A stretch of DNA of 64,000 bases from Dehalococcoidia bacterium (GTDB taxonomy: Bacteria > Chloroflexota > Dehalococcoidia > Lucifugimonadales > GCA-2712585), in contig OY762063.1 of NCBI GenBank assembly GCA_963665075.1, positions 2,539,045-2,603,044 on the forward strand, in the 5' to 3' direction. This document shows positions 54,070 through 63,359 of this stretch, piece by piece; positions within the stretch are counted from its first letter, which is position 1; each line of letters starts with the position of its first letter. The notes below the pieces were generated by a model that worked only from the letters and a program-made list of their open reading frames with translations, did no database searches and had not been told where the DNA came from. The translations under genes and the position numbers were made by a program.

Positions 54070-55905
54070 TTACTTGTAGACGGGGACGGTGTACTCGTGG
54101 TGGCGCACCGGGCCCATGTGAAGCATGTTGGCTTCGTAACCTTCGAGAATCTCCGGATTGTAGCCCACCTGCGGGAAGAGGAAGAAGAGGGGGATGATCA
54201 GGTGGTTGTTGTACATCCAGTCGCCGGTCTCGTGAATCCCGGCTAGCATGTCTTCCGGAGTAATCTGCTTGCGGAGGTGGACGTAGAGTTCGTCCAACTC
54301 AGGGTACTCCCATATGGAGGAGCCGCAGCCGCCGGCTACGTTGCTCATGGGGAAGCACCAGCCGAGGGGGGCCGGGCCTGTGGCGTAGCGCATCATGAAT
54401 ACGGTGCGACCCATGTTGCGTTCACGCTGGAGCCGCAAGACTTCTGCGAACTCGACCTCGACGATTTCGGCGTCCAGCCCGATGGCTCCCCAGTCGGAGT
54501 GGATGGCTTGGCCAACGTCAGGTCCTTCAGGCACGCCGGCCATGTTGGGGGCCATCATGAGACGGAAGTCGAAGCCGTCGGGATAACCCGCCTCTGCCAG
54601 AAGCGCTTGGGCGCGGTCGGGGTCGTAGGGGTACGGGTAGCCGTTGCCCGCGCAGCCCGTGCTGCCTTCAGGCCCGGGATGGGGGAACCACTCATCCTTG
54701 CAGTCGAAGCGGTAGGGCGGGACGTTGTGAATGGCCTGGGGAATGGCTGCGTCGCCCCAGAAAGCCTGACGTATCGCATCTCGATTGATGGCTACATTCA
54801 GGGCTTCCCTGACCCTGGGATCCCGCAAGGGATCGTCGGCGGAGTAGCCCATAGCCACAGGCTCCTCTTCGCCCGTGCGGGCGCCGGCCAGCACTGTTTG
54901 AGGCTCGCTGTAGTACTGACCGCCGATGAACGCGTAGATGTAGAAGCCGGGCAGGGTGCTGGTAGCGACCTGGAGGCCTCTCTGGGTTGCCTCGGGAAGT
55001 TGAGTCCTCGGAACGTCTGCGATGGCCACTTCCTTGGCGAGAAGCATGGCCAGGCGGGTGGAGTCTTCCTTGACGTAGAAGAACTGGAGCTCGTGGAAGT
55101 GAGGCGTCTGCCTCCAGTGGTCTTCCACCCTCTCGTGAAGAATGTGGGAGTCGATGACTATCTCAACGAACTGGAAGGGGCCGGTGCCGATGGGATGGTC
55201 ATGGTAGCCATCGGGGCCGCGGTCGTCCCAGTAGTCCTTGCTGATAATGCCGGCGACCCATTCTTCAGCCATCCAGAAATCTATGAGGGGTTCCGGCTTG
55301 TCCAAGGTCCAGATAATCTCGTGGTCGTTGGGAACCTCGAAGTTGCTGTCTGCGAGACCGAGGTCCTTCCAGATTGAGGAACTGGCAAGAGAGTCATCAC
55401 GCCCAAGGGTCTGAACGGTCTGGATCACGTCTTTCGCGGTGAATTCAGTGCCGGTCCAGGAATCGGTAGAGTGGAAGGGGATTCCTTCACGGAGCTTGGC
55501 GCTCCACGTCGTTCCGTCCGGCGTAAGGCTCCACGAGGTGGCGAGCTGCTCGTTGTTGAATTCGCCGGAGTACCGGTCCTTATAGATGAGGTGCTCGTAC
55601 ATGGCCTTCTGGGGGCCGGTGGAGCTCTGGAAGGTCCGGTACATCATGGTCACCTGGTGGCCTGGGGGAACCATTGCCACTGTCAGCCTCGGGTCCACAG
55701 GCTCCGGCGCGGCTGGCTCCGGAGTGGGCGTCGGCGTGGGAGCGGCGGTCGGGGCCGCGGTAGGCGCGGGCGCCGCCGTGGGAGCGGCGGTGGCGGCGGG
55801 CGCGGGCGTTGCATCGTCCTCGTCGTCGCCGCAGGCCACAATCACCAGCGACAGGACCGCCAGGGCCGCAATGGCCAGATAGATTGCTTTCATGCCTTTC
55901 ATCAT
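54070..55905 (-). CDS. ABC transporter substrate-binding lipoprotein, family 5 (paralogue of 52010-53869)
   Basis: Lipobox LVIVAC and a PT/A linker. The C-terminus YEANMLHMGPVRHHEYTVPVYK compares with YEANMGNFGPVRHLEFAVPVYN in the paralogue. Confidence 0.85.
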   Translation of the reverse strand: MMKGMKAIYLAIAALAVLSLVIVACGDDEDDATPAPAATAAPTAAPAPTAAPTAAPTPTPTPEPAAPEPVDPRLTVAMVPPGHQVTMMYRTFQSSTGPQKAMYEHLIYKDRYSGEFNNEQLATSWSLTPDGTTWSAKLREGIPFHSTDSWTGTEFTAKDVIQTVQTLGRDDSLASSSIWKDLGLADSNFEVPNDHEIIWTLDKPEPLIDFWMAEEWVAGIISKDYWDDRGPDGYHDHPIGTGPFQFVEIVIDSHILHERVEDHWRQTPHFHELQFFYVKEDSTRLAMLLAKEVAIADVPRTQLPEATQRGLQVATSTLPGFYIYAFIGGQYYSEPQTVLAGARTGEEEPVAMGYSADDPLRDPRVREALNVAINRDAIRQAFWGDAAIPQAIHNVPPYRFDCKDEWFPHPGPEGSTGCAGNGYPYPYDPDRAQALLAEAGYPDGFDFRLMMAPNMAGVPEGPDVGQAIHSDWGAIGLDAEIVEVEFAEVLRLQRERNMGRTVFMMRYATGPAPLGWCFPMSNVAGGCGSSIWEYPELDELYVHLRKQITPEDMLAGIHETGDWMYNNHLIIPLFFLFPQVGYNPEILEGYEANMLHMGPVRHHEYTVPVYK

Positions 55906-56147
55906 ATAATCGTTACCCCCTGTTCATGAAGTTGTGGAAGCGGGAAGCCGCGATTTCCGATGGGACGCCGCATTGACATACATTGTCCCAGATAGGAAAA
56001 TCAGCGTACCTTGGCGGTCAAGCTAACACCCCCAATTTGGTTTGTCAAGAAAAGGATGGCAGGCTCTACAGGGCCTGAACAGGGGCGCACCGAAAACCGC
56101 CAAAAGGCAGGAATTTGTTGACGATTTTCGTCCAGGAGGAGGATTTG

Positions 56148-57287
56148 ATGATGTCCCCGCAACCCGACAAGAAGGCGCTCTTCAACGAGGCCAGGTTCCG
56201 CCGATTGATGGACGAATCGGACCTGGCCGCGGTAATCGCTACAAGTCCCGCGAACATCACGTATACGTCGGGATACCACAACATCGACATGAAGCTTCTG
56301 CCGGAGCGGATGAAGGCGGTCATCCTGCCGAGGGACGGCGAGCCGATTCTGATGCTGAACGGGAACAAGAACACGGTGGACAGCTTCATCGAGGACGTGA
56401 GGCGGTATCCGCTGTACGAAGGGGTTATGGACCCCGGGCTGTGGAGCCTGGTGGAGGTTCTTCGCACGATGGAGTTGGTGGATGAGAAGGTGGGGCTGGA
56501 GATGCGGTACGTCACCGGTCACACCTTGAGGGCGCTGGAGAAGGAGTTTCCGAGGGTGCGATGGGTGGGGGCGGACGACTTGCTGGAACGCACGCGACAG
56601 GTTAAGACGGAGGCGGAGATAGAGTTGATGCGTCACGCGGCGCGGGTGACGGACCGGGCCATCGCTATGGCGTACCGGTCGGCGACGCCGACGGACACGG
56701 AGAAGTCGGTGGGGGATGCGATGAGTTACAACGTGATGAGGTTCGGCGCGGACATCGTGGCGTTCAACATTCTGGCGTCGGGGAAGCGGATGACGGCCGG
56801 GCATCACACGGGCGCGGCGGTGCCGCTGGAGCAGGGAAGTCTGATGAGGTGCGACTTCGGCGCGAACTTCCAGGGCTATTACAGCGATTTGGCCCGGCTG
56901 GCGGTGGTGGGCAAGTCGTCCTCCAGGCAGAAGGATACCTACGCGCGATACCTGGACGTTCACAATCGAACGCTGGACTTCGTGAAGCCTGGCGTGACGG
57001 GGGAGGAGATTTTCGACTTTGCGTGTGGTCTGTACCGGGAGCACGGGTTGAGTCTGCCGATGATGGGAGGACACAGCATTGGGCTGATTATCCACGAGCG
57101 TCCCGTCATCATTCCCGGCGACGATTGGGAGGTGGAGGAGGGGATGACGATGTGCATCGAAACGGTGAGTTCGGTGGAGGAGTATGGCGAGCACTATCAC
57201 CTGGAGGATATGATAGTTGTAAGGGACAAGGGCGTTGAGGTGCTCTCGGACTACACGCCCCTGGATTCGCCAATAGAGATTGTCTAG
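56148..57287 (+). CDS. M24-family metallohydrolase (creatinase/prolidase-like)
   Basis: Creatinase_N-like N-terminus. CDFGANFQGYYSDLAR, GHSIGLIIHE, CIET and HLED are the metal ligands. ATG 56148 follows AGGAGGAGG. Confidence 0.8.
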   Translation: MMSPQPDKKALFNEARFRRLMDESDLAAVIATSPANITYTSGYHNIDMKLLPERMKAVILPRDGEPILMLNGNKNTVDSFIEDVRRYPLYEGVMDPGLWSLVEVLRTMELVDEKVGLEMRYVTGHTLRALEKEFPRVRWVGADDLLERTRQVKTEAEIELMRHAARVTDRAIAMAYRSATPTDTEKSVGDAMSYNVMRFGADIVAFNILASGKRMTAGHHTGAAVPLEQGSLMRCDFGANFQGYYSDLARLAVVGKSSSRQKDTYARYLDVHNRTLDFVKPGVTGEEIFDFACGLYREHGLSLPMMGGHSIGLIIHERPVIIPGDDWEVEEGMTMCIETVSSVEEYGEHYHLEDMIVVRDKGVEVLSDYTPLDSPIEIV

Positions 57288-57331
57288 CTGAGGCGGCGTG
57301 CCGGCAAGGCGCGTCATCAAGGAAGAAACGA

Positions 57332-58417
57332 ATGCTCAAACAGTTTCAGATTCCTCAAGAAAACGTGGTGAGGGTGGACCACAAGCGGCTGCGGGAGACG
57401 ACGAAGGCGTTGTTCGTCGGTCACGGCGTCCCTGAAGGAGACGCGGAGATAGGCGCAGACGTGTTGGTGAGGGCGGACCTCCGGGGTGTGGACACTCACG
57501 GCGTTTCCAATATGCTGCGTCACTACTTGAGCGACTTCAAGAACGGTGTCATCAATCCCAAGCCTGAGATGCGCGTACTGCGGGAGACTGCGGCGACGGC
57601 GAATTTGCACTCGGACGACGGGCTGGGCGTGGTGGTTGCGCCGAAGGCGATGGAGTTGGCGATAGAGAAGGCGAGGGACGCGGGCGTCGGGATGGTGACG
57701 GTGGCCTTCGGGCGGCACCTTGGGATGGCGTCGTATCACGCGATGATGGCGATGGAGCATGACATGATAGGCGTTTGCGTGACGAACGCGGGGCCGCGGG
57801 TTGTGCCGACCTTCGGGGCGGTGCCGAGGCTGGGGACGAATCCGATAGCGGTGGCGGCGCCGGCGGGTTCGGATCCGCCTTTCGTGTTTGACGTGGCGAC
57901 CAGCGTTGTGGCGGGGAATAAGATTGTTATTGCTCAGAGGCTGGGAAATCAGTTGACGGGCGGCTGGGTTGCGGAGGCCGACGGCACTCCTATCATGGAA
58001 GATTCGGACCCTCCGTCGGTGGACGTGGCGGCGCTGCTGCCGCTGGGAAGCACGCGAGAGATGGGTTCCCATAAGGGGTTCGGACTTGGAATGGTGGTGG
58101 ATATTCTGAGCGGCGTACTCTCGGGAGGCGGATACAGCATGTTTCCCGGGAGGCCGTTCAATCACCACATGGTGGCGGCGTATCGGATAGACGCGTTCAC
58201 GGAGGTGGACGGGTTTAAGGATATGATGGACGAGTTCTTGCAGACGTTGAAGGCGACGCCGCCCGCGCCGGGACATGACAAGGTGATTGTGCCGGGGGAG
58301 CCGGAGTGGGAGACGGAGCAGGAGAGGCTTGTCAACGGGATTCCACTTCACGAAGAGGTGATTGGGTGGTTCCGCACAACGTGCGAAGAGATGGGCGTTC
58401 CTTACGGGTTGGAGTGA
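57332..58417 (+). CDS. Ldh_2 family (malate/L-lactate/sulfolactate dehydrogenase type 2) oxidoreductase
   Basis: LVRADLRGVDTHGVSNM, GTNPIAVAAP and HKGFGLGMVVDILSG. Confidence 0.85.
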   Translation: MLKQFQIPQENVVRVDHKRLRETTKALFVGHGVPEGDAEIGADVLVRADLRGVDTHGVSNMLRHYLSDFKNGVINPKPEMRVLRETAATANLHSDDGLGVVVAPKAMELAIEKARDAGVGMVTVAFGRHLGMASYHAMMAMEHDMIGVCVTNAGPRVVPTFGAVPRLGTNPIAVAAPAGSDPPFVFDVATSVVAGNKIVIAQRLGNQLTGGWVAEADGTPIMEDSDPPSVDVAALLPLGSTREMGSHKGFGLGMVVDILSGVLSGGGYSMFPGRPFNHHMVAAYRIDAFTEVDGFKDMMDEFLQTLKATPPAPGHDKVIVPGEPEWETEQERLVNGIPLHEEVIGWFRTTCEEMGVPYGLE

Positions 58418-58494
58418 TTTTGCCGAGGGTGGGAGAGATTCTTGGCTGCGCTCAGAATGACATGAAGACAGGGCGTGGGAAATGACGGAAAGGG

Positions 58495-59625
58495 GTGTGG
58501 GCGTTGGTTGAGAAAAGCGCGTTTCCGAAGATAACAGAGCGGGAGTTAGACCGTCTGCGGCGGGTGATGAACGTGGAGTTGGAGGCGCGGGATCCGTTCA
58601 ATAGGTATGCTTCTCCAGACACGATTCGGCACTTCGCTCACGCCATCGGCGACGATAATCCGCTGTTCACGGATGAGGAGTACGCCGCGTCTAGCCGGTG
58701 GGGCGGGCCGGTGGCGCCGCCGACGTTTCTGTTCAGCTGCTTCGGAAGGGGAGCGCCGCAAGGTTTGCGGGGAATTCATAGCATGTGGGGCGGCGCTTCC
58801 TTCGATATGCGTAAGCCGATTACGTCGGGGACGCGGATTGACGGGACGGTGGCGCTGACGGGGCTGACGCCTAAGGAGAGCCGATTCGCCGTCAAGACCA
58901 TACTTCAGGATCACGTCTACACTTTCACAGATGGCGATGGGGAACTGCTGGGCAAGGTGAAGGAGTGGCACTTGAGGACGGAGCGGGATACGGCGCGACG
59001 ACGGGGTAAGCATCGTAGATTGGAGCCTGCCAGGTATTCGCCGGAGGAGATCGAGGGGATATTCGCGGACTATGAGAAGGAGGAGATTCGTGGGGCCAAA
59101 CCCCGGTATTGGGAGGACACGGCGGTTGGGGAGGAGCTTCCGCCGGTGGTTAAGGGGCCTTTGAGGGTGACGGACAACGTGGCCTGGAAGGTGGGGTGGG
59201 GGTTTCGTCCATTTGCCTACGCGCACAAGCTGGGGGTGGACTACTATCGGAAGCATCCGATGGCGTTCATTCCGAACGAGCAGGGGGTGCCGGACGTGCC
59301 GGAGCGGGTGCACTGGGATGAGGATTTCGCCCGTAGGGTGGGGGTGCCTACGTCGTATGATTTTGGGCCGCAGCGGGTGGCGTGGCTGGGGCAGGTGGTG
59401 ACGAACTGGATGGGGGACGAAGGGTTTATTGTGAGCTTCTGGGGCGAGGTGAGGCGGTTCAACCTGGTGGGGGATACGCACTGGCTGAGGGGGGAGGTGA
59501 CGGATAAGGCAGAAAGGGAGGGGCGACGATTGGTGTCGGTGGCGCTGTCTGGAGCAGACCAGAGGGGAGAGGAGACGATTCGCGGCGGGGCAGAGGTGGA
59601 GCTTCCATCCCGGCAAGGGTGGTAG
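58495..59625 (+). CDS. Double hot-dog (MaoC/FAS1-like) acyl-CoA dehydratase/hydratase
   Basis: N-terminal half IRHFAHAIGDDNPLFTDEEYA...APPTF, and a C-terminal half ending ...GDTHWLRGEVTDK; 376 aa. Confidence 0.72.
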   Translation: MWALVEKSAFPKITERELDRLRRVMNVELEARDPFNRYASPDTIRHFAHAIGDDNPLFTDEEYAASSRWGGPVAPPTFLFSCFGRGAPQGLRGIHSMWGGASFDMRKPITSGTRIDGTVALTGLTPKESRFAVKTILQDHVYTFTDGDGELLGKVKEWHLRTERDTARRRGKHRRLEPARYSPEEIEGIFADYEKEEIRGAKPRYWEDTAVGEELPPVVKGPLRVTDNVAWKVGWGFRPFAYAHKLGVDYYRKHPMAFIPNEQGVPDVPERVHWDEDFARRVGVPTSYDFGPQRVAWLGQVVTNWMGDEGFIVSFWGEVRRFNLVGDTHWLRGEVTDKAEREGRRLVSVALSGADQRGEETIRGGAEVELPSRQGW

Positions 59626-59638
59626 GGCGTTATCGACG

Positions 59639-62089
59639 ATGGCATTGGAGGCTGACGGGCAGAACGGTAAAAGAACCGGTGCGCCGCCCCTGGAGGGGGT
59701 CAGGGTTCTCGACCTATGCGGGCCGGAGGGGCAGTTGTGCGGGCGGCTGCTGGCGGACTTGGGGGCTGAGGTGATAAAGGTAGAGCCGCCTGGGGGGGAT
59801 GTTGGTCGTCGGTTGGGGCCTTTCGCCGAGGATATTCAGGGGCCGGAGGCGAGCCTGTCTTTCGCGTATTTCAATTCCAACAAGAAAAGCATTGTTTTGG
59901 ACTTGGCGACGGAAGCAGGACGGGAGGGGTTCAGGGGGTTGGCGCGGAATGCAGACGTGATTTTGGAGACGTTTGCACCTGGGGTGATGCAGAAGTGGGG
60001 GCTGGACCATGCCAGTTTGTCGTTGATGAATCCGGGACTGGTGACGGCTTCGATTACGGGGTTTGGGCTGTCGGGGCCGCACAGCGGGTATAAGGCGCCA
60101 AGCATCGTTTGCTCGGCGATGGGGGGAGTGATGTACCTGTGCGGATCGGAGGATAGACCGCCACTGGCGGAGCTTGAGAACCAGCCGTATCATCTGGCGT
60201 CGGCATTTGCGGCGACGGGGGTGTTGCTGGCGTTGAGGCAGAGGGAGTCGACGGGCCGGGGGCAGCCGGTTGAGGTTTCTTGCCAGGAAGTTCAGGCGGC
60301 GCAGCAGCATATCTTGGTGAACTACAGCGCGAATGAGAACGTGTTGAAGCGGGCGGGCAGCCGGACGCCGGTAGGCGGCGGGATGCCCTACGGGATTTAT
60401 CCAACCAAGGACGGTTTCTGCCATCTGGTGGTGATTGCGACGTCGCATTGGCGGAGCTTCGTTGATTGGATGGGGAATCCTGATGCTTTGACGGACGAGC
60501 TATGGGACAACCGGCATATTCGGATAGCCAATCCGGATCTGATCGAGCATCTGACGGGGGAGTTTACGCGGAAGTTTGCGAAGGCGGAGTTCTTCCGTCA
60601 AGGGCAGTCGCGGCGGGTGACGACGGCGGCTGTGAACACGCCGGAGGAGTTTGTCGATGATCCGCACGTGAGGGACGTTGGGTTGTTTGTGGAGGTCGAT
60701 CATCCGGCGTTGGGTGGAATCAAGCTGGTCAGGCCGCCGTTTCGGTTGAGCGCGTCGCCGTCGGTCATCAAGAGAGGCGCGCCGATGTTGGGGGAGCATA
60801 CGAGGAAGGTTCTGGGCGGGTTGAGTGAGAGACGGAGTTTGGTGGGGGAATGGGGTGGGTCGTCAGTAGAAATAGAGGCGGGGGAGAAGCCGCTATCCGG
60901 GGTGCGGGTGTTGGACTTCAGCCAGGCGGTGGCGGGGCCGGTGTTGACGCAGCTTTTGGCCGCTTTCGGTGCGGAGATCATCAAGGTGGAGTCGGAGGCT
61001 CACCAGCAGCGGGGTCGGACGCGGGAGGGGATGGACCCTCGGATTGTGCTACAGCAGCGGGTGACGTTCGCCGATATGAACCGCAACAAGCGGTCGGTCA
61101 CAGTGAACCTGGGTACGGAAGAAGGCCGGGAAGTCATTCGGAAACTGATTCCACAGTGCGACGTGGTGGTGGAGAATTTCAGTCCGCGGGTGATGGACCG
61201 TTGGGGTTTGGGCTACGAGGGGCTGCGGAAGCTTCGGGATGACATAATAATGGTGCGTCTGCCGGGGTTTGGGCTTTCCGGCCCGTATCGAGACTATGTG
61301 GGGTTGGCGGCGGTGGCGATGGCGGTTACGGCGATGTACCATCTTTGGTCGTATCCCGACGCGGACGAGCCGGCGGGGCCTCCGGTGTGGGCGCCGGACT
61401 ATCTGAGTGCGGCGTTCGGCGCGGCGGCGCTGCTGGCTGCTTTGAGGCATCGTGGACTTACGGGGGAAGGGCAGCTGATAGAGTTGAGCCAGATGGATGC
61501 GACGGCGTATGTAATGGGGGCGTCGTATTTGGACTATTTTGTTAACGGGGGGGAGCAAGCGCCTATTGGGAATGGACATCTTCAGTTCGCTCCCCACGGA
61601 GTGTATCCGTGTAGGGGGAAAGATAGGTGGTGCGCGATTGCGGTTACAAGGGATGAGGAGTGGAAGGCGCTGGTGGATGCGATGGGGAGTCCGGCGTGGG
61701 CTGGAGATGCGATATTTGAGACTGCCGAGGGTCGATTGAGCGAGATTCAACGGCTGGACGGGCTTATCGGGGAGTGGACGCTTCGTCATTCGCCTCGTCG
61801 GGTTATGGAGTTGCTGCAACGGGCGGGGGTGCCCGCCGCGGCGGTGCAGGACGGCAAGGACTTGTTCGTCGACGAGCATTTGAGGGCGCGGGGGTTTCTC
61901 AAGACGGTCGAACATCCGCTAACGGGGGCGATTGAGTATCCAGACGTGCCGGTGAGATTGGGGGAGACGCCGGGGAGTCTCGAATGGTGGCACACGATGG
62001 GTGAGGATAACGGATACGTGTTCGGGCAGATTATGGGTATGAGCGAGGCGGAGATTGACTCGCTTCGAGAGTCGGGGGTGTTGAAGTGA
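59639..62089 (+). CDS. Tandem-fused family III (CaiB/BaiF) CoA-transferase, two complete domains in one 816-aa chain
   Basis: Domain 1 begins LEGVRVLDLCGPEGQLCGRLLADLGAEVIKVEPPGGD and ends ...APMLGEHTRKVL. Domain 2 begins LSGVRVLDFSQAVAGPVLTQLLAAFGAEIIKVES and ends ...MSEAEIDSLRESGVLK. Confidence 0.85.
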   Translation: MALEADGQNGKRTGAPPLEGVRVLDLCGPEGQLCGRLLADLGAEVIKVEPPGGDVGRRLGPFAEDIQGPEASLSFAYFNSNKKSIVLDLATEAGREGFRGLARNADVILETFAPGVMQKWGLDHASLSLMNPGLVTASITGFGLSGPHSGYKAPSIVCSAMGGVMYLCGSEDRPPLAELENQPYHLASAFAATGVLLALRQRESTGRGQPVEVSCQEVQAAQQHILVNYSANENVLKRAGSRTPVGGGMPYGIYPTKDGFCHLVVIATSHWRSFVDWMGNPDALTDELWDNRHIRIANPDLIEHLTGEFTRKFAKAEFFRQGQSRRVTTAAVNTPEEFVDDPHVRDVGLFVEVDHPALGGIKLVRPPFRLSASPSVIKRGAPMLGEHTRKVLGGLSERRSLVGEWGGSSVEIEAGEKPLSGVRVLDFSQAVAGPVLTQLLAAFGAEIIKVESEAHQQRGRTREGMDPRIVLQQRVTFADMNRNKRSVTVNLGTEEGREVIRKLIPQCDVVVENFSPRVMDRWGLGYEGLRKLRDDIIMVRLPGFGLSGPYRDYVGLAAVAMAVTAMYHLWSYPDADEPAGPPVWAPDYLSAAFGAAALLAALRHRGLTGEGQLIELSQMDATAYVMGASYLDYFVNGGEQAPIGNGHLQFAPHGVYPCRGKDRWCAIAVTRDEEWKALVDAMGSPAWAGDAIFETAEGRLSEIQRLDGLIGEWTLRHSPRRVMELLQRAGVPAAAVQDGKDLFVDEHLRARGFLKTVEHPLTGAIEYPDVPVRLGETPGSLEWWHTMGEDNGYVFGQIMGMSEAEIDSLRESGVLK

Positions 62090-63357
62090 TGGGCGCGCCC
62101 GGAGTTCCGGCGGGGTCGTTGGAAGGGGTGCGGGTGTTGGATCTGACGCGGGTGCTGGCGGGGCCGTTCTGCACGCGGCTGATGGCGGACATGGGAGCGC
62201 ACGTGGTCAAGGTGGAGCCGCCAGGGGGCGACGCGGCGCGTCAGTTTGAGTACATCACGCCGGAAGGGGTGAGCGGGTATTTCATGCAGCAGAATTGCGG
62301 CAAGGAGGATGTCTGCCTTGACCTGGCGCATGAAGGAGCGAGGGAGGCGGTTCGTCGGCTGGTGCGGGTGTCGGACGTGGTGGTGGAGAATTTTCGACCG
62401 GGGGTGATGGGTCGGCTGGGGTTGGACTATGAGAGTCTGCGGCGGCTGAATCCTTCCATTATATTGTGCAGCATCAGCGCGTTCGGGCAGAACAGTCCAT
62501 TCGCGCATCGAGCGGCGGGGGACATGGTGGTGCAGGCGATGAGCGGGATAGCGTCGCTGACGGGAGACCCGGACGGGCCGCCGCAGACGGTGGGGATGTC
62601 GCTCAGCGACACCAGCGGCGGAGTGCACGCCTTTGGGGCGATATGCGCGGCGTTGTATCATCGGAGCGTGACGGGCAAGGGGCAGTTCATCGACCTGGCG
62701 CTGGCGGATTGCATCCTGTGGCAGAACGAGTGGGCGAGTCAGTATCTGTTTCTGAGTGGGGGGCGGCAGGTCCCTAAGCGGTATGGGAACCGGCGGCCAA
62801 TTCTGATACCGGGGAATCTGTTTCGGGGGAAGGATGGGTGGGTGGCGATTGTGGCGTCGACGGACCCGGGATGGCGGAATCTGACGTCGGCGATGGGGAT
62901 GCCGCATTTGGCGGAGGACGCGCGGTTCGTGGACAGGGTTTCCCGGATGGCAAATCGGGATGAGTTGGAAGCGATAGTTGAGGAGTGGGTGGGGTCGTTC
63001 TCGTCGGTGCAGGAGGTGGAGGAGGCGTTGGCGGATAGGGGCGGCGTGCAGTGCGGACGGGTGCGTTCCTGGAAGGAGATGCTGGAGGACGAGCACGTGG
63101 AGCGTCGGCGTCTGGTGGCGTCGGTGGACGACCCGCTGATGGGCGCGACGCCTGTGATGAATTCGCCGTTCAGGACGGATGGGGTGGGGTCGGAGGCGCG
63201 GGGGCCGGCGCCGTTGTTGGGCCAGCATACCTATGAGGTGTTGGGGGAGCTTTTGGGGTGCGCGGACGGGGAGATTCTGGATATGATCAACGCGAATGCG
63301 GTACACGCCGACCCGGTGGTGATGACGGGGTTGGTTGAGCGGTTGATGGAGGGCTAG
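62086..63357 (+). CDS. Family III (CaiB/BaiF) CoA-transferase
   Basis: LEGVRVLDLTRVLAGPFCTRLMADMGAHVVKVEPPGGD. GDMVVQAMSG carries the conserved Asp. The start overlaps the upstream stop (GTGATG). Confidence 0.88.
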   Translation: MMGAPGVPAGSLEGVRVLDLTRVLAGPFCTRLMADMGAHVVKVEPPGGDAARQFEYITPEGVSGYFMQQNCGKEDVCLDLAHEGAREAVRRLVRVSDVVVENFRPGVMGRLGLDYESLRRLNPSIILCSISAFGQNSPFAHRAAGDMVVQAMSGIASLTGDPDGPPQTVGMSLSDTSGGVHAFGAICAALYHRSVTGKGQFIDLALADCILWQNEWASQYLFLSGGRQVPKRYGNRRPILIPGNLFRGKDGWVAIVASTDPGWRNLTSAMGMPHLAEDARFVDRVSRMANRDELEAIVEEWVGSFSSVQEVEEALADRGGVQCGRVRSWKEMLEDEHVERRRLVASVDDPLMGATPVMNSPFRTDGVGSEARGPAPLLGQHTYEVLGELLGCADGEILDMINANAVHADPVVMTGLVERLMEG

Positions 63358-63359
63358 AG

